Origin: Mobula hypostoma
Lineage: Eukaryota
Reading direction: 5' to 3'
Length of the DNA stretch: 64,000 nt
NCBI RefSeq assembly: GCF_963921235.1
Contig: NC_086109.1
Coordinates: forward strand, 36,520,001-36,584,000
The notes under the pieces are model-generated. The model was not told the origin of the DNA. It searched no databases and saw only the letters and a program-made list of their open reading frames with translations. Of the stretch, positions 51,891 to 63,462 are shown piece after piece. The number at the start of each line of letters is the position of its first letter. Position 1 is the first letter of the stretch. The translations under genes were made by a program, and so were the position numbers.

Positions 51891-54450
51891 TGGTCGGAGA
51901 TGGTATTAAACAGGAAATTAGAAATGTGTGCAATAAAGGAACAGCAGTAATAATGGGTGACTTCAATCTACATGTAGATTGGGTGAACCAAATTGGTAAA
52001 GGTGCTGAGGAAGAGGATTTCTTGGAATGTATGCGGGATGGTTTTTTGAACCAACATGTCAAAGAACCAACTAGAGAGCAGGCTATTCTGGACTGGGTTT
52101 TGAGCAATGAGGAAGGGTTAATTAGCAATCTTGTCGTGAGAGGCCCCTTGGATAAGAGTGACCATAATATGGTGGAATTCTTCATTAAGATGGAGAGTGA
52201 CATAGTTAATTCAGAAACAAAGTTTCTGAACTTAAAGAGGGGTAACTTTGAAGGTATGAACGTGAATTAGCTAAGATAGACTGGCAAATGACACTTAAAG
52301 GATTGACGGTGGATATGCAATGGCAAGCATTTAAAGGTTGCATGGATGAACTACAACAATTGTTCATCCCAGTTTGGCAAAAGAATAAATCAAGGAAGGT
52401 AGTGCACCCGTGGCTGACAAGAGAAATTAGGGATAGTATCAATTCCAAAGAAGAAACATACAAATTAGCCAGAGAAAGTGGCTCACCTGAGGACTGGGAG
52501 AAATTCAGAGTTCAACAGAGGAGGACAAAGGGTTTAATTAGGAAGGGGAAAAAAGATTATGAGAGAAAACTGGCAGGGAACATAAAAACTGACTGTAAAA
52601 GCTTTTATAGATATGTAAAAAGGAAAAGACTGGTAAAGACAAATGTAGGTCCCCTACAGACAGAAACAGGTGAACTGATTATGGGGAGCAAGGACATGGC
52701 AGACCAATTGAATAATTACTTTGGTTCTGTCTTCACTAAGGAGGACATAAATAATCTTCCAGAAATAGTAGGGGACAGAGGGTCCAGTGAGATGGAGGAA
52801 CTGAGCGAAATACTTGTTAGTAGGGAAGTGGTGTTAGGTAAATTGAAAGGATTAAAGGCAGATAAATCCCCAGGGCCAGATGGTCTGCATCCTAGAGTGC
52901 TTAAGGAAGTAACCCAAGAAATAGTGGATGCATTAGTGATAATTTTTCAAATCTCGTTAGATTCTGGACTAGTTCCTGAGGATTGGAGGGGTGGCTAATG
53001 TAACCCCACTTTTTAAAAAAGGAGGGAGAGAGAAACCGGGGAATTATAGACCGGTTAGCCTAACGTCGGTGGTGGGGAAACTGCTGGAGTCAGTTATCAA
53101 AGATGTGATAACAGCACATTTGGAAAGCGGTGAAATCATCGGACAAAGTCAGCATGGATTTGTGAAAGGAAAATCATGTCTGATGAATCTCATAGAATTT
53201 TTTGAGGATGTAACCAGTAGAGTGGATAGGGGAGAACCAGTGGATGTGGTATATTTGGATTTTCAAAAGGCTTTTGACAAGGTCCCACACAGGAGATTAG
53301 TGTGCAAACTTAAAGCACACGGTATTGGGGGTAAGGTTTGATATGGATGGAGAATTGGTTAGCAGACAGGAAGCAAAGAGTGGGAATAAACGGGACCTTT
53401 TCAGAATGGCAGGCGGTGACTAGTGGGGTACCGCAAGGCTCAGTGCTGGGACCCCAGTTGTTTACAATATATGTTAATGACTTGGATGAGGGAATTAAAT
53501 GCAGCATCTCCAAGTTTGCGGATGACACGAAGCTGGGTGTCAGTGTTAGCTGTGAGGAGGATGCTAAGAGGATGCAGGGTGACTTGGATAGGTTGGGTGA
53601 GTGGGCAAATTCATGGCAGATGCAATTTAATGTGGATAAATGTGAAGTTATCCACTTTGGTGGCAAAAATAGGAAAAGAGATTATTATCTGAATGGTGGC
53701 CGATTAGGAAAAGGGGAGGTGCAACGAGACCTGGGTGTCATTATACACCAGTCATTGAAAGTGGGCATGCAGGTACAGCAGGCGGTGAAAAGGCGAATGG
53801 TATGCTGGCATTTATAGCGAGAGGATTCGAGTACAGGAGCAGGGAGGTACTACTGCAGTTGTACAAGGCCTTGGTGAGACCACACCTGGAGTATTGTGTG
53901 CAGTTTTGGTCCCCTAATCTGAGGAAAGACATCCTTGCCATAGAGGGAGTACAAAGAAGGTTCACCACATTGATTCCTGGGATGGCAGGACTTTCATATG
54001 AAGAAAGACTGGATGAACTGGGCTTGTACTCGTTGGAATTTAGAAGGTTGAGGGGGGATCTGATTGAAACGTATAAAATCCTAAAGGAATTGGACAGGCT
54101 AGATGCAGGAAGATTGTTCCCAATGTTGGGGAACTCCAGAACAAGGGGTCACAGTTTGAGGATAAAGGGGAAGCCTTTTAGGACCGAGGTTAGGAAAAAC
54201 TTCTTCACACAGAGAGTGGTGAATCTGTGGAATACTCTGCCACAGGAAACAGTTGAGGCCAGTTCATTGGCTATATTAAGAGGGAGTTAGATATGGCCGT
54301 TGTGGCTACGGGGATCAGGGGGTGTGGAGGGAAGGCTGGGGCGGGGTTCTGAGTTGGATGATCAGCCATGATCATAATAAATGGCGGTGCAGGCTTGAAG
54401 GGCCGAATGGCCTACTTCTGCACCTATTTTCTATGTTTCTATGTATGTTT
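51891..54450 (+). mobile_element. CR1 subfamily A, 5'-truncated in the endonuclease, frameshifted ORF2
   Basis: 6-bp TSD ctatac (51885-51890, 54451-54456); MGDFN, LDWVL, SDH, KSPGPDG, FADD motifs; (TTTCTATG)n tail. Confidence 0.95.
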
Positions 54451-54708
54451 CTATACGGCAACTCTGGAACAGTTCTTAAAAGGGTAAATGCGAAAACAGT
54501 TCTTAAAGTCGTAAATTCGAACACAGTTCTTGGAATGATCAATTTCAAAGTCCAAGGGATTTATACAGTCAACTAGGAGAGGCTTTCCTGAAGTATAGAA
54601 TTCCTCAAAGACATCACATTACTGCTGATCCCAGCCGGAACCTGCCTTCTCCACAGGATTCACGATGACAGAAATAAAACGGTTTAAAAAACTGACCTTT
54701 TCCTCTGG

Positions 54709-55981
54709 TGTCATGGTCCAGATCAGGGTTCCTTTAAATTTACTTTATCTGGACCGTTGACTCCCTGCTTCCCTTTGGTTCCCTGTTGTCCCGTATCCCT
54801 CGGCTTTGGAGATTGGAGGCAATTACACTCGACTGAACCGGTAGTTTATAGTCTCCGGCTTTCAGCCATTCGGTGCGAGAGCGTCTGCAAAGTCACGGTG
54901 TGCCTATGTTATCTGGCCGGAGCAAGCCTTGTCTCTGCCCAAAGCAAGTGCCGGTAATTTGCCTTTCCTCACCGGAGCAACCCTGTCAAGTTACCTCGCC
55001 AAAGCAAGCCTGCAAAGTTTCCTCACCGAGGTGGGTCCGTCAGTTAACCCGCTGGAGGAAATCAAGAACCGCTGTCTACTGTTCCCGGTCCAAGTCGAGA
55101 GCTCGCCACTACCCGGAGGCTCCAAGTCGAGTCCTGGCTCCGGCGGCATTCAAGCACCAAGTCAAGTCCTGGATCTGGTGCCATCCACGTGCCGAGTCGA
55201 GTCCTGGTCCTGGCAGCTTCCAAGTTCCAAGTCGAGTCCTGGCCCTGGCGGTCTGTGATCCCTGTCCTACCCCACTGTCTGAATCCCTTCTCTGCCCCTC
55301 TTGCCTCTAGCCCTCATCTGCAGCCCCTGCCTGCACTTCGGTCTAGTTCCATCACCGGAGCTATATAGGTACTGTCTGGTGTTCATTCGTGTTGGTCTTA
55401 TCTTGTCTTGTCCTTTCCTCCGTGGGGTAAGTCTGGCCATCTTGCCATTGCCCCATGGGGGGTCATGTTTTGTCTTGTCTTGTCCTCGCCTCCATGGGGT
55501 AAGTCAGGTCATCTTGCCGTTGCCCCGCGGAGGGTCATGAGTCCCGGCTCTATGTCCTGTTCCCAAGGAGGGGTCCCAGCTCTCTGTTCTGTGTATGTGT
55601 TCATGGTTCCATGTACCTGCTCTCCCGAGAGCAAGGCTCTGTTTTCCATGTTCCTCCTCTCCCCAGCCCATGTCATGTCCATGCCTGGTTCTGGGGTCTG
55701 AGCCCGAGGCAAGACCCAGGTACTAGGTCCTTGCCCAGTCTCGGGCTCGGAGTCCATACCCTAGCCTCTTCATGTCTCCTCTAGTTCTGGGAGCCGACTC
55801 CTAGTCCAAGCCCAGACCCTTGGTCCCAGCCTAGTTGTAGTCCTGAGTCTTTATCATGTTCGCTATTCCTGCTTCTGCTTTGCTCTCCTGGTATCGAACA
55901 ATAAACTAAATCTAATTAACCTCACAAGATGTGTCTTGCATTTGGGTCCACCCTTGCTCTCAAAGCCCCACCATTGTGACA
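54709..55981 (+). mobile_element. Solo LTR B, copy 1 (1273 bp)
   Basis: TGTCA...TGACA inverted termini, 5-bp TSD tctgg, AATAAA at ~55899, internal tandem repeats (caagtcgagtcctgg). Confidence 0.9.
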
Positions 55982-57044
55982 TCTGGTGAATAAACACTGC
56001 ACAACCTTTCCTTCTTTAGCAGAGATCATCCCATCCAGGTCACTGTTTCTTGAACGAAGATTCAATAAAGGTTGATCCTCTCCAAAACCGCCAAACGATA
56101 TCAGCTTTACTCAACTTGGCGAATTCCTGTACTTTGGTAAGGTCTTCACTCTCCGATACTACTTACAACAGAAAATAGAACTTCACTCTAAAACAAAACT
56201 GTGTCATAAGCCGAATATGCAGCAAAATGGAGTATCTAACACAAAACTAAACTGAAAACTAACTGCGTCACATCCAGGGTCTCCTTTATATACCTGTTGA
56301 GAACAGGTCATCATGTGACCTCAATGGCGGGAAAATTACATCATGTGACCTCCACAAGACTATTACATCATGCTCATAAGACACTCAATTATATCATGGT
56401 CATAAGACAGTCACAAGACATCCATGAGGTATGTAACACAACCAAGTCCAGTTCACGGCCTTCGCATGTGGCTTAACTACTAAGCTTGGATGAACCATTT
56501 CTACTTACAGTGGAATGAGCAAAGGCAGATACTGGTGCCTTAAAACCAGTCACTTTTGGCAGATGAGGCTTATTAGCTGTGGCTGGCAATTCATCTAAGA
56601 GAATGAAAACTCTGATCTTAAGCTTCTGCTGCCTTGCAGCTATGCCTGCTCATGGGGACAGCTTTGGGAGTAAATCCCAAAGAACAATTCGGAGCTGGAG
56701 TCCCTAAGGCCATCCTACATTGAATTCAATGCTGACTGGCAACTCTTGTGACGTCGCTGGTGCCAAACTGTATCAGTTTCTGCCATTCCTTTGGATTCAT
56801 CAGCTGTGTGGAGAGGGGGGCTTGCTACTTGGGTAACAGGTCGCTCTCCATCTCGTGCTGCCCTGGCTTGCATATCACGTTGGCAACTGAAACACAACAC
56901 CCATGATCGACACTGACTAACGGAGGGCCTCAATAAGAATCTGCATTTATAATTTCAAATTTATTTTAACTCTTAAAGTAGCATCTCATGTGAACTTTTG
57001 AAAATATAATTACCTCTATTATATTACTTCAAATTTCAAGATAC

Positions 57045-57265
57045 TGCATGGTAATGGGCCCTTCCAGCTCAATAAGACTGTGCTGCCCAATTACACCTTT
57101 GTGACTAATTAACCCTCTAAACCATTCATCTTTGGATTAAGGAGGAAACCGAATCACCTGTAGGAACCCCACACAGGAGAACTTACAAACTCCTTACAGA
57201 CAGCAGCAGGAATTGAACCCTGGTGCTGTGAAATAATTATACTAACCACAACGCTAATGTGCCCT
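57045..57265 (-). mobile_element. V-SINE (HE1-like), diverged
   Basis: ggaggaaaccga...aaactccttacagac...gaattgaaccctgg pattern as at 10365-10643. Confidence 0.75.
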
Positions 57266-57313
57266 CCTATTACAGTAGTCTTAGAAAGATGCTTTAAAGA
57301 TTAGATCCCAAAA

Positions 57314-57537
57314 AAGAAAATCTGCAGATGCTGGAAATCCAAAGCAACACATACAACATACTGGAGGAACTCAGTATGCCAGGCAGCAGCTATGGAAAAG
57401 AGTAAACAGTTGATGTTTTAGGTCGAGATCTCCCATCAGGACAGTCCTGGGTGACAGCCCAACATGTCAACTGTTTTCTCTTTCCCACAGGTGCTGCCTG
57501 GCCTGCTGAGTTCCTAATCATTGTGTGTGTGTTGCCT
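57314..57537. mobile_element. Palindromic PLE-terminus mini-element
   Basis: Inverted arms with centre caggac-a-gtcctg (~57437-57449) at hammerhead stem I. Confidence 0.82.
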
Positions 57538-58599
57538 TAGAGATTAGAAGTTTAACATTAGATTCTGGTCTCACAGACATGAGAATTCTAAAATGTAGCT
57601 TAATTGAAACTGGATTTCTGAGCAAAATAATCAAGCTGCTGGAGGTTAGTTATCATCTATGAAGGAAAATGGACCGTGAAAGTCTCAGGCCCGTAGAGAA
57701 GAATGATAATAACCAGTCTAACATGGGGTTAGAAGTTACCATGACTAAGAAGGAGATCACCTTGTTGACAATTAAGGAAACCTTTTCTGTAATTAGATGA
57801 GGAAATTAAAAGGTGCAGATTTAAATATAGGATGGGTCTAAAAATAATCCCTGTAGAAACTAGGTAAGAAAGAATCCTTGCGAGTGAGGAGAACGGCATC
57901 CAGAAACCTGGTTAGCTCCAATACTGAAATGAATGAACAGAAATACAGGTGGACATTATTGTAGTTTGTTGGAAAATGACAGGCCAAACACTCATTCTAC
58001 TGTTGGTTGTCACTGCAGAGAAAAGGAGGTCTCTGGTTCAGTCATTCAGACCAAAAGGACCTACAACCAGCTCAGAGAAGTTGCATGCATGATGACCTGA
58101 GGGAAAAGTTATTGCAATTACTTGAGTCTACACATTGCTAAGTTGGGGATAATCATTTCGATCCTCTGGGTATACAAAGCACCATTCTGTGGATAGTTTT
58201 TCCATTATTCATAAACATAATGGGTGTAATATTTTAACATATTTGATAGCACTATTGCTATTCTTCTTGATCCTGTTGCTATCATATATAATATGCAACT
58301 TTTGATATTCACAAAAACATAAAGATTAAAGCATTAAATTTAATTCAACAGACTTCTTTTAAAATTCCAAAGCTTAAGCAAAATAAGATTGCTAAAAGAT
58401 CTTAAAAAGCTGTAGTTGTTACATGAATGATACACATTGTTCAATTAAGCTGGACGCCCATGCCTTTGGTGTGTGCAAATTACTCCATACTTCTACATGC
58501 CCTTATTATTATGGCAAGGCATTGAGTCAAAGATGTCAGACAAATGATTTTCATCAGAAGCCTATCAGTGTGCTGAAAAAAAGTAAGTACCTTGAGCTT

Positions 58600-58932
58600 T
58601 TATGATCAGTCAAGCCTCAATAAGGTGACATCCATGATTCAGGACCTCATCATCTGGGAAATGTTCTCTTCTCATTGCTACCAGTAGGAAGGAGGTTAAG
58701 AAGCCCAAGAACAAATACTCAATGTTTTATGAACAGCTTCTTCCTTCCATCAGCCGATTTATGAATGGTCCATGGACCTAGGAACATTAACTCATTATTC
58801 CTTTTTTGCACCATACAATATATTTAGTTGGTAATTTATGGTAATTTTTATGATATGTACTACTGCAAAAAAAGACACATTTCACAATATATAAGTCAGC
58901 AATAATATACCTGATTCTGATTTTGATTCTGA
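58600..58932 (+). mobile_element. Rex/Babar-like LINE 3' end with (GATTCT)n tail
   Basis: gaacagcttcttcc pattern and ctgattctgattttgattctga tail. Confidence 0.6.
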
Positions 58933-59033
58933 AGCCAAGAAAAAACAGGTATGGCTGTCTTTTAATCATTGTTCATTTCTTGTGATGCTCAGTCCCCTCA
59001 TAGAGCTGATTTAAAGGATGAAAATATACTTTC

Positions 59034-59163
59034 ACAAACAAGAAAAGTCTGCAGGTGCTGAAAATCCAAGCAACAAGAGTCCTGGTTTGAAGCATCGACT
59101 GTACTCTTTTCCACAGATTCTGTCTATCCTGCTGAGTTCCTCCAGCATTTTGTGTATGTTGCT
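59034..59163. mobile_element. Short asymmetric palindromic PLE-terminus element
   Basis: gaaaagtctgcaggtgctgaaaatccaagcaaca, then forward arm gtcctg...catcgactgt...cattttgtgtatgttgct. Confidence 0.7.
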
Positions 59164-59169
59164 AAAATA

Positions 59170-59777
59170 CAAGGGGTGATTGATAAGTTCATGGCCTAAG
59201 GTAGAAGGAGTCAATTTTAGAAAACCTAGCACATTTATTTTTCAACATAGTCCCCTCCTACATTTACACACTTAGTCCAGCGGTCATGGAGCATACGGAT
59301 CCCTTCTTTGTAGAAATCGGCATCTTGGACCTCCAGAAAGTGGTCCACAGCAGGGGTGATTGATAAGTTCATGGCCTAAGGTAGAAGGAGATGGGTTATA
59401 CAGCTCTCGTTACATGCACATGCCATTCAACTCTTTGAGTGATTATGCAGAAGGTTTGAAGTTAATACCTCTTCAGGGATGATTGATAAGTTTGTGGCCT
59501 AAGGTAGAAGATGATGAGTTATTAACTTCAGACATTCTGCACAATCACTCAAAGAGTTGACCTGCATGCGCATGTAAAGAGAGCTGTATAACTGATCTCT
59601 TTCTACCTTATCAATCACCCATCTGTGGACATTTTCTAGAGGTCCAAGATACGAATGCTCCACGACCGCTGGACTAAGTGTAAATGTAGGAGGGGACGAT
59701 GTTGAAAAATAACTGTGCTAGGTTTTCTAAAATTGACTCCTTCTACCTTAAGCTATGAACATATCAATCACCCCTCG
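59170..59777. mobile_element. Tc1/mariner-type MITE, near-fully palindromic
   Basis: TA TSD (59168-69, 59778-79); termini caaggggtgattgata.../...tatcaatcacccctcg; ~180-bp inverted outer arms; no transposase. Confidence 0.92.
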
Positions 59778-60044
59778 TAGGCTATCTTGGTTTGAGATGG
59801 TACATCAATTCTAACACTCAGGACCACAAGAGAATGTAGAGAAGGCAGTGTCAGGTTGGGTTGACAGGCCTGTTTCAGTGTTGTTTAAACTATGAATATA
59901 GTTAAGACATTTTGGTATATTTTGGCATATCCATGTTTGCTACATTTGAACAGATATTATTTGCAAACCTGAATAAAAATAAATGGCTATGAACAAAATT
60001 GTAATCTTCACACACAGTTTTGTTTTTTTTCTCTCTCTTGCTAG

Positions 60045-60086
60045 TTAAACTGAAATCCACAGCCTCAGTTCCCTCAGATTCTGTGT
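60045..60086 (+). CDS. Candidate 42-bp internal (micro)exon of an unidentified host gene
   Basis: Long polypyrimidine tract ending ttgctag, donor gtaagt, length divisible by 3, only the phase-1 frame is open (xKLKSTASVPSDSV); non-repetitive context. Confidence 0.55.
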
Positions 60087-60444
60087 GTAAGTAAAATCTT
60101 GTATCATTAACAACAGCAACGTTTTAAATTCGTGTGTATGTCTGCCTGATTAATAACCACAAAATTCATTCAACTGACCAGTCATTGCTTCTATCAATCT
60201 TTTGTTTCTAACTAACCACGTTCTATTCAAATCCATGATAAAAGGAAACAATACAGCAGCAATATATTTAGAATGCATTATCAATCAGTATTTTGAATAG
60301 AAAAGAAAATTGTTTTTCCTCAAGTTTAACAGTCATAAATCCCAATATGAGCTTTCAGCTTTCCTAAGATGTCACTACATCTTATTAATGTGTTTTTTTT
60401 TCTGCCACCTGGTTATCTCTTTGTGCCAGCCATGTCTCAATGGG

Positions 60445-60830
60445 GGCATTATTGCCCCTTAGTTATAAGGTTATGAGATTCAGGCCTATTTCCAGAGATC
60501 TCAGAAGACAAGTGCATCACTGAATGATGTACAGTGTATCATTGTTGGGGCAGATCTCATTTGGATGAGATTGTTAAATTATCTGTCATCTCAGGTGGGT
60601 ATATTTAAGAAAAAGACTAACTCTCTACAATTCCTGGCAAATCTTTCATCTCAACTAATATTAGTAGAACAGATTAGTTGACCATAAGAAAAATTCCTAT
60701 CTTTGGAAATCTATCGCATATAGTGTAGTTATTGAATTTTAGACATTCCAGTAATGACCACATTCAAGTATTGGCTGCAAAGGACTGAAGTTGGGAAATG
60801 CACAAGTTAAATTCAAACATTTCATTTCTT
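60445..60830 (+). mobile_element. Ancient DeuSINE-like element
   Basis: ttggatgaga..ttaaa, cctggcaaatctttcatctcaactaatattagtagaacagatta, gaccacattcaagtattggctgcaaag resemble the Deu-domain/3' consensus; highly diverged. Confidence 0.55.
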
Positions 60831-61146
60831 GTGCCTTTTGTCATTGATATCACCATGCCCTAAGTGATATCTTTAGTTATTACATTGCACAGTTCAATCC
60901 AACTGACAAACCTGCAACTTGCTGAATGAGTTTAAATTTCCTGCATCCTCTTGTATAGTCAGCTGATGTTGCTGCTGCTGCTTCTTATTGGCTTGTTCAT
61001 CTGAGGAGTTTAAGATTTTTGTGCCTCAGTTACTTTGTGGGGCTTTCCAACTTTTTTAATGCCAGAGAGACTGTGTGAAGCAGCAATTGAATTTCAGTAA
61101 CCACATAATCTTAATAAAACAAGCTAAAACAGTCCACAACAACTGG

Positions 61147-61148
<2 letters not shown>

Positions 61149-61187
<39 letters not shown>
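61149..61187. repeat. (CA)n microsatellite
   Basis: ~19 perfect CA units. Confidence 0.98.
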
Positions 61188-61188
<1 letters not shown>

Positions 61189-61357
61189 AAATTTTCTTAC
61201 ATCTGAGAATCAGGCAGCTGGGAATGCCACCACCTCTAAGATCCTTTGCCAGCTGCACACTATACTAGGCTGAATGCTTCTTAGTGAATAAATAAAAAAT
61301 CCTGCAGTTCCCCACAACAGGGTAATGAGAAAAAAACACTGATCTAAAAGACCTTTA

Positions 61358-62573
61358 TGGCACAAGTGCGGAGCAAGGGTGGATCCAGATGCAGGACGCA
61401 AACACGTTTTGTAGGGTTAACTTATTAGAGTTTATTAATAATTACAAGGAAAGCCATGACACAAGGATAGAACAGAGAGAAATCAAGGAGGGAGCAAAGC
61501 GGAAGTGGGAATAAGCATAATGGACTAGGACTAGGAAAGCGGGACAAGGACAAAGAACTTGGAGTTAGGAGCCTGGGCTTGGACTCCAAGCCAGAGACTG
61601 GACAAGGACCCAGAACCTTGGTGTTGACTTAGGCTTGGACCCCGGAACTAGGTGAAGACAAGACATGGCTACAGGACTGGATGTGGCTAGGCTACAGGAA
61701 GAGAACGCAAAGTTTTGACATGGACTTGGACCTGGAACTGGAACATGGAACTCGGGACCCAGGCTTGGACTGGATACTTGGAACTCGGAGCTTGGACTGG
61801 ATACTTGGAACTCGGAGCTAGGACTGGATACTTGGAACTCGGAGCTAGGACTGGATACTTGGAACTCGGAGCCAGGGCTTGATACTTGAATTTCGGAGCT
61901 GGGACTTGATACTTGAACCCCAGAACTTAGACTTGGAACTCAAACACAGTACATAGAACACTGAGCTGGGACTCCTCTTTTGACACAGGACATGGAGCCA
62001 GGGACTCTTCTTATTCATGGGACAGACTCAGGCACAAGACATAAAACACTGAGCCGGGAATCCTCCTTAGACACAGGACGAAGTCTGGACTCTTCTTGAC
62101 ACAGGGTCAGGACCCTTCTAAGGTACAGGGCTGGGACCCCTTTTAGACACAGGACATAGATACGGAGACCACACAACGATAGACAGTACTATAACTGGAC
62201 TCACATGCGCTCCAAGCAATAGCGAGCTCTTGACTCACCCCGGTGGGTTAACTGACTGACCCGCTCTGGCAAGGGAAGGCGGCTTGCTCGTACTTGCTTT
62301 GGGAGGACACTTGGCTTACTCCGGCAAGAAACTTAGTTGGCTCCGGCCAGATGATATTGGCTTGTACTAGCTTTGGTGCCTTTGTTAACGCTCTCGCCCC
62401 GAACGGCTGAAAGCCAGAGACTTATAAACTGCTAGTTCAATCGAGAGTAAATTGCCTTTAATCACCAAGCCTGAGGGACACGGGAAAACAGGGAATTAAA
62501 GGGAAACAAGGAGTCAACGGTCCCGATCGTAACACAAAGGAAATTTAAAGGGAACCCGATCCGGATCATGACA
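61358..62573 (-). mobile_element. Solo LTR B, copy 2 (1216 bp) with internal minisatellite
   Basis: 5-bp TSD cttta (61353-57, 62574-78); ends homologous to the reverse complement of 54709-55981; ~26-27-bp unit ggactggatacttggaactcggagct(a) at ~61766-61940. Confidence 0.9.
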
Positions 62574-63202
62574 CTTTAGTAGAAATAAATTTACAGATAA
62601 ATTATTTTTTTATGAATTGTTAAAAATTAGTGAATGGTGTTAATTGTTGAAAGAGGCATGAACCCAATTCTGAAAATAGTGATTATCTTTATTAATAAAA
62701 CCAAGGGTCCCTTTTGCATCTTCAAATTGCTTTCTCAGAGCAGTTTGAAAACTTCTCAGAAGTTTACCACCTTCAGAGATTTGTTTGAATATATCCTCCT
62801 AAGAGATGATTTCACCTGCATTAAAAGGGACAAATTTGTTTTTGTACCTAATACTTTTTCTCGATGTTGTATCTCCAAACTTTTAAATGAAGTCTTACAT
62901 ATCCAAATTATTGATGTCTATTGCAAAATGCAGCAGACCCCACATTGATATCTCAGATACGCAACAGTATACTTCACAGGTTGTTCACCCTTACCAGCTC
63001 TGTGTCTTTTAACCACTTTTATTTCACTGCTGCAACTGTCTCTATTTTTAAAATGTTTTATTGTGTTTCAAAGTCTTGAATTATTGATTTGCTTTTACCA
63101 GAATCAGCATTAACAAAATTTCCATTTGGTAGACCCTGAGCATGAATTCAATAGCCACAGGTCTCAGCACCATCCTTTTTGTAAAAGTTAGCCATCAGAC
63201 CA

Positions 63203-63420
63203 TTCAAAGTTCAAAGTAAGTTTATTTTCAAACTACATATCTGTCACCATAAAAAACCCTGAGATACATTTTCTTGCAGACATTCACAGGAAATAGAAGA
63301 AACACAATGGAATCAATGAAAGAAATACTGCACCAACCTGGGCATTCAGACAGTGTGCAAAAGACAAGCTATGCAATAAAAAAAAGAATAATATTAATAA
63401 TGATAATAAATGATGATAAA
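63203..63420 (-). mobile_element. Rex/Babar-like LINE 3' UTR
   Basis: (ttcaaag) tail and tttatt, resembling the reverse complement of the 39180-39268 end. Confidence 0.55.
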
Positions 63421-63462
63421 TGCAGAACATGCCAATAGAATCTAGAACAATCCAACACATTA

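Larger units (their letters stand above)
51757..56438 (-). mobile_element. Solo LTR A (~0.84 kb after removing two nested insertions)
   Basis: TGTCAC...GTAACA ends, 4-bp TSD caac, minus-strand TATA (~56286-56292) and AATAAA (~51819-51824), short internal repeats (catcatgtgacctc, cagttcttaaa). Confidence 0.82.
51680..56930 (+). mobile_element. Host repeat (RTE 5'UTR-like non-autonomous element) split by nested insertions; parts ~51680-51756 and 56439-56930
   Basis: gcctctgacaac|caagtccag rejoins across TSD caac; family assignment tentative. Confidence 0.55.

Noticed and set aside
54757..55757. Several overlapping 66-145 aa ORFs
   Set aside because: They lie inside GC-rich, repetitive solo LTR B and have no protein motifs.
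61766..61940. CRISPR-like regular repeats
   Set aside because: Contiguous tandem units with no unique spacers, inside a vertebrate LTR, and no cas genes.
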